Source: a virus
Direction: 5' to 3' (one strand)
Length of the DNA: 64,000 nucleotides
Virus record (IMG/VR): IMGVR_UViG_3300009147_000001
Span: 32,001-96,000 of that record
Shown: positions 1 through 10,368 of the stretch, piece after piece
Layout: each line of letters begins with the position of its first letter
Position numbering within the stretch: position 1 is the first letter of the stretch
The notes under the pieces: generated by a model
The model's database searches: none
Seen by the model: only the letters and a program-made list of their open reading frames with translations
Told to the model about the DNA's origin: nothing
Position numbers and translations under genes: made by a program

Positions 1-1686
1 TGTACGTGTAACCAATGTTATGCCAGGTTCGAATCGCAAAAAGTCGTTTCTAACATGTGGCGTGGACTACCAGTAACATATGGTGGTCGCATTGACATGA
101 TAGCTAAAGACCAGATTGGGAGAGTATGGTGCTATGACTGGAAGACAACTTCCCGAATTCTTGATGAAGATGCGGAATCATCATTCTTACAGCTCGATGA
201 TCAGATCACTTGTGTTCCAATGAACACTGAGGCATTGACTCCAACTGGATGGAAGAGAAGATCTGAACTAGAAGTAGGAGAACTCGTACTTGCATATGAT
301 CAAAAATCAAAATCGAATAAATGGACGCCCATTCTTGCGTTCCACGATTTTGATAATGCAGAGCTATTTCAACTAAGTGACAAGACTAAATCATTCTGTG
401 CAATTACTACTGCCAACCATAGGTGGATGGGGGAGAGACCATCGTCACATGGTAAATATGCAAAAATTATCGACTGGGAACCCGATACACAAAAGATAGA
501 TGAATATAACAGTAAAGCCGCCATCTATGTTAGTGCCAACAGTGAAGTAGACGGATCACTTCCAATAACACCAGATGAGGCAGCACTAATCGCATGGATT
601 ATTACCGATGGATCTCTCACCATAAGGGGAAATTCATACCAGGCTGCTATCGCTCAGGCAAATCATAAATATGCCAATGAAATACAAGCACTAATTGATA
701 GAATAGGAATTAAGCACTCAGTGCGAGAGTATCCTGGATCGAACTTATCAAATAGACCGTACTTCAAGTGGTACCTCTCCCAGCCATACATTTCTGATCT
801 GTGGGATCGAGCTGGTATCATGGGTAGACATGGCAACTTGGATGAATTCGTTCTAGGATTGTCAGCTAAGTCCAGAACAAGTTTTGTTGAAGCTGGAATG
901 AAGGCAGAAGGATCACTTAGAAAAAACGGTAGTGGAACATTCTGTCAAAATGATGGTGAAGTAAAGGAAGCCTTTAGACTAGCAATGTTCCTGGAGGGTC
1001 GACGTCTAAGTATAGGAGGTCCCAAATACTTTGGGGTTCGCGTAGGTCGACCAGTCGCGGACGTGCGTACACTTAACACCACTAAAGTGGAGGGCAAACA
1101 TCGTGTATGGTGTATTTCCACCAAATATAACTCCTGGGTTATGCGTCAGGGTAAACAAATTACCATCACGGGCAACTCTTATTGCTGGGCTCTCTGGCAG
1201 CTTGGCTATGACATTGCTGGGTTTGTATATGTGGAAATTAAGAAAACGTACCCAAAGCCACCAGAACGACTCAGTCGACCATACAAAGGACGACTCTTCA
1301 GTACCAACAAACAACATCTGACTGATTACCGAAACTTTGTCGACACAGTGGCAGTTCAGGACGGACAAGGCTTCCAGACTGGACTCTACGACGAGTACAT
1401 TGATTGGCTCAAAACCGAAGGGCCACGCTTTACTCAACGCCATGAGATTGCGCGCAATCATCATGAGCTAGTAAATGCTGGTCGTAACATCGCCCTAGAG
1501 GCCATGGATATGACGCAAAACCCCCGGATCTACCCACAGCCAGGGCGGTTTTCGTGTCCAACCTGCCTGTTCCGACAGCCATGTCTAGGAATGAACATGA
1601 ATGAGGATGTCCAATATCTACTGGATACCTTGTTTGAGAAGCGAACACATCACTACTGGGAGGACAAACCAGTAAGCACTGATTAG
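1..1686 (+). CDS. Cas4/RecB-like PD-(D/E)XK exonuclease with intein; 5' end lies outside the window
   Basis: Frame is open from base 1. GRIDMI and YDWKT nuclease motifs; C-terminal CPTCLFRQPC Fe-S cysteines; exteins rejoin as DDQIT/SYCWAL. Confidence 0.85.
   Translation, partial: CTCNQCYARFESQKVVSNMWRGLPVTYGGRIDMIAKDQIGRVWCYDWKTTSRILDEDAESSFLQLDDQITCVPMNTEALTPTGWKRRSELEVGELVLAYDQKSKSNKWTPILAFHDFDNAELFQLSDKTKSFCAITTANHRWMGERPSSHGKYAKIIDWEPDTQKIDEYNSKAAIYVSANSEVDGSLPITPDEAALIAWIITDGSLTIRGNSYQAAIAQANHKYANEIQALIDRIGIKHSVREYPGSNLSNRPYFKWYLSQPYISDLWDRAGIMGRHGNLDEFVLGLSAKSRTSFVEAGMKAEGSLRKNGSGTFCQNDGEVKEAFRLAMFLEGRRLSIGGPKYFGVRVGRPVADVRTLNTTKVEGKHRVWCISTKYNSWVMRQGKQITITGNSYCWALWQLGYDIAGFVYVEIKKTYPKPPERLSRPYKGRLFSTNKQHLTDYRNFVDTVAVQDGQGFQTGLYDEYIDWLKTEGPRFTQRHEIARNHHELVNAGRNIALEAMDMTQNPRIYPQPGRFSCPTCLFRQPCLGMNMNEDVQYLLDTLFEKRTHHYWEDKPVSTD
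211..1176 (+). mobile_element. Intein (322 aa, class 1, LAGLIDADG-type) in Cas4-like exonuclease
   Basis: Starts CVPMNTEALTPTGW; block B TTANHRW; LIAWIITDG and MKAEG endonuclease motifs; ends VWCISTK...ITGN/S. Confidence 0.92.
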
Positions 1687-1743
1687 TGGCGGAGACTACT
1701 AAAAATGCTATAATAGTCTTGGTCAGCGGATAAGGAGGTATGA

Positions 1744-2010
1744 GTGTCAAGGACAGGTAATCCATACTATGAAATAGCCCTGGCACTAGAAGGCATAAGG
1801 CAAAAAATCTGCCCATACTCTCTGGACGATGACACTCAGTCTTGTGGCTGTAAATTTGGAATCAACTCATCATCTTCTATGTACAGTGAAGAGAATGGGT
1901 GTCCTGAACTACAGGAAATGATGACCTTCTATCGTCGCTGGGGAGAAGCACTTGAACAACACCAAAATCCAGGTACAAACGTGGCGCATTCCACTACTAC
2001 CAACCGCTAA
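1744..2010 (+). CDS. hypothetical protein
   Basis: AAGGAGG RBS upstream; TGCTATAAT extended -10-like element near 1706-1714. Confidence 0.6.
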   Translation: MSRTGNPYYEIALALEGIRQKICPYSLDDDTQSCGCKFGINSSSSMYSEENGCPELQEMMTFYRRWGEALEQHQNPGTNVAHSTTTNR

Positions 2011-2146
2011 ATGTATTAACTGTCATACGCTAAACGGATTCTATACCGAAAATGCCCACGATATAGGCCGCATACATGCGACGACAACTGGGCATTTAGT
2101 ACTAGTGGAAGAGGTACGCCAGACGTGGTTCTCGACCAAGGACTAG
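1952..2146 (+). CDS. small CxxC/HxxxxxH zinc-finger-like protein
   Basis: AKCINC...HATTTGH; overlaps neighbouring genes operon-style. Confidence 0.5.
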   Translation: MNNTKIQVQTWRIPLLPTAKCINCHTLNGFYTENAHDIGRIHATTTGHLVLVEEVRQTWFSTKD

Positions 2147-2259
2147 TCTTTGTCTGCAATCCTTGCACAAAAGGCGATCACTGCAATGCACAACCAGGTC
2201 CGGGCACATGGTGTGACTGTCAACACAGAAGGGACGACATCAAGAATGACACAGCCTGA
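2125..2259 (+). CDS. small Cys-rich protein (44 aa, not in ORF track)
   Basis: Manual translation MVLDQGLVFVCNPCTKGDHCNAQPGPGTWCDCQHRRDDIKNDTA; GAGG upstream. Confidence 0.5.
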   Translation: MVLDQGLVFVCNPCTKGDHCNAQPGPGTWCDCQHRRDDIKNDTA

Positions 2260-2344
2260 TGAGCAGTGGACTGAAGATGAGCCTGAGGAAGATGATTTTG
2301 ACGAAGAGTATGAAGAGAACGAAGAGGACGACTTAGAAGAATAA
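2246..2344 (+). CDS. very acidic 32-aa peptide
   Basis: MTQPDEQWTEDEPEEDDFDEEYEENEEDDLEE; AAGGGA upstream. Confidence 0.5.
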   Translation: MTQPDEQWTEDEPEEDDFDEEYEENEEDDLEE

Positions 2345-2488
2345 CACTCATAGATACATCTCGATCAATTAGAGCAGTTGCGCTGGGCAGACAGCGATGC
2401 TAGACTGAAGTTCACTTCCCTTTCACAACCAAGTTTGGTTATTATTCGAATAAAAATTCGGACAAATTGGTACAAAGAGGGTGAATCA

Positions 2489-4141
2489 TTGTCGATAACG
2501 AGCATTGCTGGTCTGCCCATTCGCAAAGTAACCGAAGTACCGCCACATTTTAATATGTTGGTGTATGGTGAGAGTGGTGCAGGAAAAACCCGATTAGCAG
2601 GCTCCTGTGACGCCATCCCAGAGATGCGCCGAGTCCTGTTCATAGACATTGAGGGTGGCACACTAACACTTCGGAATACCTTTCCCAATGTCGAGGTTGT
2701 CCGAGTCCGCAATTGGCAAGAAATGCAATCCGTATACAATGAACTCCATGCTGGACAACATGACTATACTACAGTAGTCGTAGACAGTTTAACAGAATGC
2801 CAGAAATTATGCTATTCTTCCGATACTGAGGTACTAACTCCAAGTGGTTGGAAGTTAATACCAGATCTAGCAGAAAATGTCGATCTTATTGCCCAATACG
2901 AAATGGGCACCGAGTTAATATCCTTTGCTCAACCGTCGCTGATAATGAATTATCACCATCATGGTAGTATGGTAAACATCGCATCCAAGTCGTCTGCACT
3001 ACTTGTTACTCCTAATCATAGAGTACTTACTAAGACTCCCGCTGGGTCGATTGAAGTTCGAAAGGCTGAAGACCTTCGATCAAAACTGTTACTGCCAACC
3101 GCTGGTACACTACTTTCTATTGGTGGTCCTACCCCCGAACAGGGTAGACTATTAGTTGCTTGGGCTGCTGATGGACACCGTAATTTTAATGGTATGAAGT
3201 TCCACTTGAAGAAACAAGAAAAAATCGACCGTGTTAAGAAACTTATCATCGACTGTGGATTAACATACGAGGAGCCTGACTGGAAAGACGATGGAACTTA
3301 CATAATTGTGAGAAATGCTCAGTCAGTGACAAAATTCATGCCTGACCGCATGTGGCACATTGAATCCATGATGTGGTCATTGCAGACACGTGACGCTATC
3401 ATGTCGGAAATGCCTCTCTGGGACAGTACACCACAACCATCAGGATCTGGCTCATTCAGTTATAGAACTAAATATAAATCAAATGCAGACGCAATTTCTG
3501 CTCTCGCTGCTCTTACTGGATGGAGTGTCAATATTGCAATTGACACTACAAGAACTACTATTTACCGACTTAACTTAATTCGCACTTCATGGAGAACACA
3601 ATCAGTTATTGAAAACGTAGATTACAATGACAGCGTATGGTGTGTCTCTGTACCTTCAGGATTCATTGTCACTCGCCGTCAAGGTAAAATTACAATCTGT
3701 GGTAACTCTATGGACCGTATAATGCGTAAACTCGTAGAAGAATACGAGGAACGTGATGCAGACGTTCCAGGCATTCGGGAATGGAACATCAATATAGAGC
3801 AAACACGCAAATTCGTTCGAGCCTTTCGTGACTTGCCCGTAAATACGATCTTTACTGCTTTAGTTAAAATGGACAAAAATAATCGGACTGGAGCCATAAA
3901 GCGTAAACCATCGTTAAGCGGCAAAGTAGCCGACGAAGTTGCCGGTTTCCTTGACATTGTTACATATCTATATACCAAGGAGGTTGAAGGAGAATACAGA
4001 CGTATACTGTTATCCGGAGCCACTGAAGACACGGTAGCCAAAGATCGCACCGGATTGCTACCAATGTTGATTGAGTCACCTACCATGGTTGAGATCTGGA
4101 ATGCAGTCAAGGAGATAAAGACGGATGGCCAGTCCGCTTAA
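2489..4141 (+). CDS. AAA_24/Sak4-like ATPase (RecA-like recombinase) with intein
   Basis: Walker A GESGAGKT, FIDIEGG and VVDSLTE motifs; TTG start at 2489 after GAGGG; followed by a DUF669-type gene. Confidence 0.88.
   Translation: MSITSIAGLPIRKVTEVPPHFNMLVYGESGAGKTRLAGSCDAIPEMRRVLFIDIEGGTLTLRNTFPNVEVVRVRNWQEMQSVYNELHAGQHDYTTVVVDSLTECQKLCYSSDTEVLTPSGWKLIPDLAENVDLIAQYEMGTELISFAQPSLIMNYHHHGSMVNIASKSSALLVTPNHRVLTKTPAGSIEVRKAEDLRSKLLLPTAGTLLSIGGPTPEQGRLLVAWAADGHRNFNGMKFHLKKQEKIDRVKKLIIDCGLTYEEPDWKDDGTYIIVRNAQSVTKFMPDRMWHIESMMWSLQTRDAIMSEMPLWDSTPQPSGSGSFSYRTKYKSNADAISALAALTGWSVNIAIDTTRTTIYRLNLIRTSWRTQSVIENVDYNDSVWCVSVPSGFIVTRRQGKITICGNSMDRIMRKLVEEYEERDADVPGIREWNINIEQTRKFVRAFRDLPVNTIFTALVKMDKNNRTGAIKRKPSLSGKVADEVAGFLDIVTYLYTKEVEGEYRRILLSGATEDTVAKDRTGLLPMLIESPTMVEIWNAVKEIKTDGQSA
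2810..3706 (+). mobile_element. Intein (299 aa, class 1) in AAA ATPase
   Basis: ECQKL/CYSSDTEVLTPSGW...VTPNHRV...VWCVSVPSG...ICGN/SMD; endonuclease motif LVAWAADG, second motif degenerate. Confidence 0.92.
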
Positions 4142-4583
4142 AGTAAATTTTACCGAAGACGAAGCTACCTCAAAGCCCCGCGAAGTTTTGCCTACTGGCG
4201 AGTATCTGTGCAACGTTGTGGAAGCCAGCGACGAGGTAGTACGCCCAGGCAAGAAGAACACGGGTAAGCCTTATTGGAAGGTCCGGTTTGTTGTTCAAAC
4301 CGGAGCTTATGAGGGTCAGAACATCTACGCAACCGTAATGCTATTCGACGGTGCCCTGTACTCACTAGCCCAACTCATGTCGGCCTTGGGCCAGGACATC
4401 AATAGCGGCGAGTTTATTGTACCGGAAACTGACTGGCTGATTGGCAAGCCAGTTATCGTACGTGGACAACGCAAGCCCGCAGAAACTAAGGATAATCAAG
4501 ATCTTCCTGAGCGGTTTGAAGTCAAGGGATATAAGGCAGTAGACGCATCTAAGAAAGCCGTAAGTTCTTCACTCCTTCCATAA
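4125..4583 (+). CDS. DUF669-like single-stranded DNA-binding protein
   Basis: LPTGEY...GKPYWKVRFVVQTGAYEG pattern; position right after the AAA_24 ATPase. Confidence 0.75.
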   Translation: MASPLKVNFTEDEATSKPREVLPTGEYLCNVVEASDEVVRPGKKNTGKPYWKVRFVVQTGAYEGQNIYATVMLFDGALYSLAQLMSALGQDINSGEFIVPETDWLIGKPVIVRGQRKPAETKDNQDLPERFEVKGYKAVDASKKAVSSSLLP

Positions 4584-4672
4584 ACTAGCGTATAGTTGAA
4601 GCCGACCGAACCAATAATTATCATCGGATAATTGGTTCTGGGTCGGCTTCTTCCATCCTTGGAGGAGGCCAA

Positions 4673-6880
4673 TTGACAACAACCTTCCGGGATGCAGTAG
4701 AACATACTGAGGAACGGCGGAGCGATTTCTTTAAACTGATTTTCGGTAATGCTCAGGGTTTTGTCTGCATCGCCTTCAAGCCTCACACCGAACGGACAAT
4801 GGAAGAAGAGTACTTTCACTACCCTAGTGAACTGGCTCAAATGTGTAAGAGGATAGATCAAAAAGCTGGTACACTGACACATTTGTACTTCTGTCCAAAT
4901 CTACTCCACACCAGAAAACGGAATAAATCAAACGTCAGTCTGTGTACTGTCATCTGGTCAGACCTTGATACCTGTAATCCACAACTGATGCAAGTCCCAC
5001 CGTCAATTGTCGTTCAAACCTCTAACAAGCGCTGGCAAGCACTGTGGCGATTGGAAAGCCCTATTGCCCCCATAGAGGCAGAGGCAATCAGCCGGCGAAT
5101 CGCCTATTACCATGCTGATCAGGGTGCAGATAAGAGTGGTTGGGATCTCGGCCAACTCCTCAGAGTTCCGTATACACCTAACTATAAATACGGAGACATT
5201 AACACTGCACCATTAGTGGTCGTTGATGGTGTAACATCTGGTTTGTATCGGCCAAGTGACTTCAACATATACCCAGAAGTAGAAGCATTAAGGTTCGCCG
5301 CTGACCCCATCCCCGTAGACCTACCCAAAGAAGATCCAGTAGATATTCTGCAACGCTATCGGCAAACACTAAATCCACAAGCCTTTGATCTTTATACCTC
5401 CACTCCTACGCAAAACCAGGACTGGAGTGCTAGAATGTGGAAGCTACAAAAACTCTGCGTTGAAGCTGGAATGTCACCGGACGAAATCTTTGTTATCTGT
5501 AAAGCTGCTAAATGCAATAAGTACATTCGAGATGGTCGACCGAACGAGCAACTCTGGACAGAAGTTCTGCGGGCCTGTATTAAAAACGTTGAAGTACACA
5601 ATCTAGCACCAACAGCGACCTCCAGCATTCCAGAATTCCTAACCAGAGATGAAATGAGTCTAGTACAGGAGCAAGAGACCTTTGTTGAACGATATATAAG
5701 GTGGGCGTCGGAACTCACCGATGCCCCGAAACAGTACCACCAAGCTGGTGCCTTTATTATCCTCAGTTCCCTACTATGTGGCAATTGTCATCTGCCAACG
5801 TCGTTCGGCACTATCAATCCCAACCTGTGGTTTATGCTATTAGCCGATACTACTATTACTCGCAAGACCACAGCAATGAACATTGCCATGAAACTACTCT
5901 ACTCCGTCGATGAGGAAGCCATGATAGCCACCGACGGCTCTGTCGAAGGCATTCTGGCCGGACTTATTGATCGAACGAGAAGGCCATCAGTATTACTACG
6001 AGATGAGTTTTCCGGACTGCTTGAAGCAATGGCTCGCAAAGACTACCTAGCCGGCATGATGGAATCTTTGACTAAACTCTATGATGGTGAAGACGTCAAG
6101 CGGCTACTCCGCAAAGAAACTATTCACATTAAGAGTCCTCGGTTTATTCTATTTGCCGGTGGACCGAAAACCAAAACCCAAAGCATTCTCACCGAAGAAC
6201 ACATTTCTAGCGGGTTCATTCCGAGATTTATCGTCATTACTGCCGATGCAGATCCGAGTCTTATTAAAGACGTTGGGCCACCTCGACCAGTAGACTATGA
6301 GTCTCGCGAACTCATTATGAATGAGCTCCATGACTTGTGTGGGCACTACACCCGACCCCGACCGGCTATCATGGCCAACGGTGAGGCATTAGGTACGATT
6401 CGTCCTGAATTTGAAGCTAACTTGACACCAGAAGCCTGGCGCAGGTATAATCATTTCGAGCGTTCACTAACTAAAACTGCACTTGATAGTGAACTATTTC
6501 ACCTGACTCCGGTTTATGACCGACTGGCCAAGTCCACTCTTAAAGCTGCTATTCTTATTGCTGCTTCGCGTCAACGCGGTGAAGGAATTACAGTCGAACT
6601 ATCTGACCTCCTGCATGCCATGTACTACTGTCGATTCTGGTATATCTACGTTAGTGAAATAGTAAATGGTATTGGCAAGACCACAGATGAAAAACTTATT
6701 GATCAGATAATGAATGTTATTCACCGATCAAAGGAGGCAGGCGTTTCCCGAGCTGAATTAATGCGACTGTTCCGACTAGATGCCAGGCGGGCTGATTTGA
6801 TATTTACTACCATGATACAACGACGATTGGTATATCCAATTATGTATCAGGGTCGCGCACGTTATGTTGAGGTGACGTAA
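4673..6880 (+). CDS. DNA primase/helicase (RepB-like primase plus DUF3987-like helicase)
   Basis: WSDLD, QTSNKRWQALW and LLRVPYTPNYKY primase motifs; RKTTA and DEFSG in the C-terminal part; GGAGG RBS. Confidence 0.85.
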   Translation: MTTTFRDAVEHTEERRSDFFKLIFGNAQGFVCIAFKPHTERTMEEEYFHYPSELAQMCKRIDQKAGTLTHLYFCPNLLHTRKRNKSNVSLCTVIWSDLDTCNPQLMQVPPSIVVQTSNKRWQALWRLESPIAPIEAEAISRRIAYYHADQGADKSGWDLGQLLRVPYTPNYKYGDINTAPLVVVDGVTSGLYRPSDFNIYPEVEALRFAADPIPVDLPKEDPVDILQRYRQTLNPQAFDLYTSTPTQNQDWSARMWKLQKLCVEAGMSPDEIFVICKAAKCNKYIRDGRPNEQLWTEVLRACIKNVEVHNLAPTATSSIPEFLTRDEMSLVQEQETFVERYIRWASELTDAPKQYHQAGAFIILSSLLCGNCHLPTSFGTINPNLWFMLLADTTITRKTTAMNIAMKLLYSVDEEAMIATDGSVEGILAGLIDRTRRPSVLLRDEFSGLLEAMARKDYLAGMMESLTKLYDGEDVKRLLRKETIHIKSPRFILFAGGPKTKTQSILTEEHISSGFIPRFIVITADADPSLIKDVGPPRPVDYESRELIMNELHDLCGHYTRPRPAIMANGEALGTIRPEFEANLTPEAWRRYNHFERSLTKTALDSELFHLTPVYDRLAKSTLKAAILIAASRQRGEGITVELSDLLHAMYYCRFWYIYVSEIVNGIGKTTDEKLIDQIMNVIHRSKEAGVSRAELMRLFRLDARRADLIFTTMIQRRLVYPIMYQGRARYVEVT

Positions 6881-7176
6881 TGCCCTATCTCGGGGTTAGA
6901 ATAATGCGAGACACTAGACTTATCGAAGCCAAACTACATGGATTAGATATTCCAGAAAATATAAATGTAGATGAATTTAAACAACATGTAGACAAAACAG
7001 TATCACGGGGCAATGTCATTGGATTAACCAATGCCGAACTCTGCCAGACTATTGCCGATAGCTTAGTCGTACTATATAGTGATAAAAAAGAGATTCGATG
7101 GGCTGAATGCCACATCATCAATGCTGACGGAATAATGTATGGTTTTGCGGCTATAGATGAGGATAACGATGAGTAA
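6880..7176 (+). CDS. hypothetical protein
   Basis: Start overlaps the primase stop (TAATG). Confidence 0.55.
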   Translation: MPYLGVRIMRDTRLIEAKLHGLDIPENINVDEFKQHVDKTVSRGNVIGLTNAELCQTIADSLVVLYSDKKEIRWAECHIINADGIMYGFAAIDEDNDE

Positions 7177-7379
7177 TCATAGTTATGCCAATGCATTGGG
7201 AAATTCGTTCCTGATGGAAAGCCGTTGGCTACAGCGAATGCTATACCGAGGTCGACACGTAAGGAACCAAATATCAGAAGAGATCGTCGCAGATATTAAG
7301 CAATCACTTCGTCATTTATGTCACAAGATTATAGGGTAAATCTAAGAATTGCTACACCCAGAACCACGCCATGTAAAGG

Positions 7380-9689
7380 GTGGACGCAGTGACAGAGCAG
7401 ACGGCTAAGGCGCCAGGGGCACGATGCTGGGAATGTCCATTCAAGGACGAACCATTTGTTCCATCGCAGAACCTATTCCCCATCTCTCGAATAGCTGTCA
7501 TTGGCGAGGCACCTGGTGCACACGAAGCAACTCGGGGCATTCCATTCACTGGACCATCTGGGAAATTACTTGATCAAGTGCTTAGTCATCACGGTATACA
7601 GCGCGACGAGGTTCTTGTTAGTAACATCTGCTTGTGTCGACCAGAAAATAATGATGATCCACCAAAATCAGCCATCGCTGCCTGCAAACCACGACTTGAT
7701 CGCGAGATCGCCCAATCTGGCGTTAAAAAGATCCTAGCTGTCGGTGGCACCGCTGCTAAAGCACTGCTAGATAGCAGCAAAACCATTACCAACTTAAGAG
7801 TTGGTGCACCGAAACCCTATGTAGAAGATCCAGATATTGAAATAATTGCCTCCTGGCACCCTGCCTACTGTTTGCGGTCTCCCGACTCATTCCCATCATT
7901 CGTTAAAGATGTCGCTAAACTCAACGGCTATGATCCGCCACCCTGGCAGGAGCCGGTATACAAGGAATATCGCCAACCACAAGTAATACTAGCTGTCATT
8001 AAGAAACTTGCTACACTGCCCGGACCATTTGTTATCGACATCGAATGTGGTGTGGATAAGGATGTTTCCTACGTCCACCCCGACCACTATGAGATGTTAT
8101 GCATAGGCATTTGTTGGGAACCGGGCCGGGCAGTGGTGCTTGGCCGAGGTATTAATGAACCAGCCGTAAAATTAGCTCTTGGTGATTTACTCCGTAAAAA
8201 GAAACTCATTGGCCACAATGGTAAGTTTGATTTAAACGGGTTGTATCCAATTGTCGGGCCGCTTGAGCTGTGGGCAGACACTATGCTCATGTCCTATGTG
8301 TTAGACGAGCGACCTGGCCAACATGGACTTAAGAAACTGTCCATCGAACTATTAGGAGCCCCGGATTATGAAGCGGAGATCCGAAAGTTTGTACCTCGCG
8401 GCGGCAATTACGCTGACATCCCAGTTGATGTCCTCCATAAGTACAATGCCTATGATGTTGTTTGCACCTGGGCGCTCTATGAACGATTCTTTGCCGAGAT
8501 GGGTGACCGGGAACACCGAGTCCACGACTTCCTCATTAAAGCCTCCAATGCGGTCATGCACCTAGAACGTGCCGGTATCACCATAGATCTTGATTATAAC
8601 GATGAACTAGCCTCACAATTCATTGCAGAACTTGATCTGCTCGAAACGGAAATCTGTGAAACGGTTGGACAAAAACTTAACCCCCGCTCCCCACAGCAGA
8701 TCACTCGCTACATGGCTGATCAAGGCTATATGTTTGAAACGACTGAGGCTGATTTTCTCGTAGAAGTACTGCCTAAACTAGATGGCAACGTTGCTACGTT
8801 TATCGAGTTACTTCTCAAGCATCGCCGATTGGCCAAACTTTATGGCACTTATGTTAAAGGATTTAGAAAGCGCGAATATCAAGGAAAGATCTACACGACC
8901 TATTCGTTACACGGAACGACCTCCGGACGCCTAGCATCGAAGAATCCCAATCTACAAAACGTGAAACGGGACAAACGAATCAAACGTCAATTCACTGTAG
9001 AGAAAGAAGATCATGTTCTCGTTCACTGCGATTATAAACAGGCTGAAGGCCGAGTTATTACTACTTTGGCTCAGGACGATTACCTCGCTAGCATCTTTCG
9101 TGACCCAACTCGCGACATCTTCGACGAATTATGCAACGACACGTATGGAAAAGGAAATTGGACTCAAGAAGACCGAGTAAAAATGAAGTCGGTCTTCTAT
9201 GGTAATGCCTACGGCAGAGGCATTAACGCTATAGCCGTTGAATTGAATATCAGCACCGAAGAAGCAAGGACTATCATTGGCAACTTTAAGAGTTTGGCCC
9301 ACGCGACCGTATCATGGCAGGCATCGGTCACCCATCAGGTCCTATCCGGTCAAGACCTCATCACCAAGTTCGGCCGCAAACGCTCCTTCTGGCTTATCAC
9401 CGAACAGAATAAATCCGACGTTGTCAATGAGGCCCTATCCTACCTACCTCAAAGTACCGCCTCAGATATCTGCGTCTCCGCTCTTATTGAACTGCAACCG
9501 CGACTACGGGACCTGGCCACCCCAAGACTCACCATCCACGACGCTCTTATTGCCGAATGCAAGGAACAAGATCAAGATGAAGTCGCTGGTCTCATGGTCG
9601 ATACTATGGTGGCGGCAGGCTTAAGATTCACTGACTACGTGCCGTTCGCTGTCGATACTAAATTTGGAAAAGCCTGGAGCGAACTATAA
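7380..9689 (+). CDS. polA: Family A DNA polymerase with N-terminal family-4 uracil-DNA glycosylase domain and 3'-5' exonuclease
   Basis: UDG motifs CWEC, GEAPG, CRP, HPAY; exonuclease DIE, HNGKFD, YNAYD; polymerase DYKQAE, KSVFYGNAYG, IHDA. Confidence 0.93.
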   Translation: MDAVTEQTAKAPGARCWECPFKDEPFVPSQNLFPISRIAVIGEAPGAHEATRGIPFTGPSGKLLDQVLSHHGIQRDEVLVSNICLCRPENNDDPPKSAIAACKPRLDREIAQSGVKKILAVGGTAAKALLDSSKTITNLRVGAPKPYVEDPDIEIIASWHPAYCLRSPDSFPSFVKDVAKLNGYDPPPWQEPVYKEYRQPQVILAVIKKLATLPGPFVIDIECGVDKDVSYVHPDHYEMLCIGICWEPGRAVVLGRGINEPAVKLALGDLLRKKKLIGHNGKFDLNGLYPIVGPLELWADTMLMSYVLDERPGQHGLKKLSIELLGAPDYEAEIRKFVPRGGNYADIPVDVLHKYNAYDVVCTWALYERFFAEMGDREHRVHDFLIKASNAVMHLERAGITIDLDYNDELASQFIAELDLLETEICETVGQKLNPRSPQQITRYMADQGYMFETTEADFLVEVLPKLDGNVATFIELLLKHRRLAKLYGTYVKGFRKREYQGKIYTTYSLHGTTSGRLASKNPNLQNVKRDKRIKRQFTVEKEDHVLVHCDYKQAEGRVITTLAQDDYLASIFRDPTRDIFDELCNDTYGKGNWTQEDRVKMKSVFYGNAYGRGINAIAVELNISTEEARTIIGNFKSLAHATVSWQASVTHQVLSGQDLITKFGRKRSFWLITEQNKSDVVNEALSYLPQSTASDICVSALIELQPRLRDLATPRLTIHDALIAECKEQDQDEVAGLMVDTMVAAGLRFTDYVPFAVDTKFGKAWSEL

Positions 9690-9872
9690 GTGCATACTAA
9701 GGTTAACTATACCGTTGATGATAGACATGTCACGTGGGAAGGCGAATTGCCATTGGTCCAACCAGGTATGATGTTATATGCGCTTCCTCAGCGGGCGTCG
9801 GTAATAGTTGAGCGGGTAGGGATTATAGTTGGTGACAACAACCAACACGTACAAATGGTCGTAGGAAAATAA
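9690..9872 (+). CDS. hypothetical protein
   Basis: Abuts the polA stop; GGAG upstream. Confidence 0.5.
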   Translation: MHTKVNYTVDDRHVTWEGELPLVQPGMMLYALPQRASVIVERVGIIVGDNNQHVQMVVGK

Positions 9873-9889
9873 TTGGGGCGAGATCGCAA

Positions 9890-10147
9890 ATGACGAAATT
9901 CCGGAGCTACGCTCGGTATTTAAATCGGAATGATCCGGTTCCACAATACGCTCTCCATCCAGGCTGGATCGTCTCCAAGACTGACGGTCAACGACACTTC
10001 ATTAGTTCCACTAAGCTGGCACGACTGTACGAACTACGACACAATGAATATATAGTCTGGGACGAACAGGCTACAAAAGGTAGGAACTATGACGATTATA
10101 TTCACTTGTTTCCTAACTACCATGGACTATACGGACGACCAAAATGA
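9890..10147 (+). CDS. hypothetical protein
   Basis: Operonic ORF coupled by ATGA to the next gene. Confidence 0.6.
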   Translation: MTKFRSYARYLNRNDPVPQYALHPGWIVSKTDGQRHFISSTKLARLYELRHNEYIVWDEQATKGRNYDDYIHLFPNYHGLYGRPK

Positions 10148-10368
10148 AAATTAGTCCACCCTGGACCATGGAACAAGTGGAAAGCCTGATGGCTTATCAA
10201 GAGTATGGCGCCCTTAGAGGACTACACCCATATACCTGCGGAAACTACAGCGGACATCCTAAGCTTATTGCTACTATGGGCGGATGGGTCTGTCAACGCT
10301 GTGAATACCGCCAAGATTGGGCACACGATTGGACTGCCAACTTCAATTGGATTATGGATAAGAAATGA
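10144..10368 (+). CDS. small zinc-binding-type phage protein
   Basis: HPYTC...GWVCQRC.YRQDWAH; ATGA coupling at both ends. Confidence 0.65.
   Translation: MKISPPWTMEQVESLMAYQEYGALRGLHPYTCGNYSGHPKLIATMGGWVCQRCEYRQDWAHDWTANFNWIMDKK

Noticed and set aside
24-40. GGTTCGAATC tRNA T-loop-like motif
   Set aside because: It is inside the open exonuclease frame with no supportable cloverleaf.
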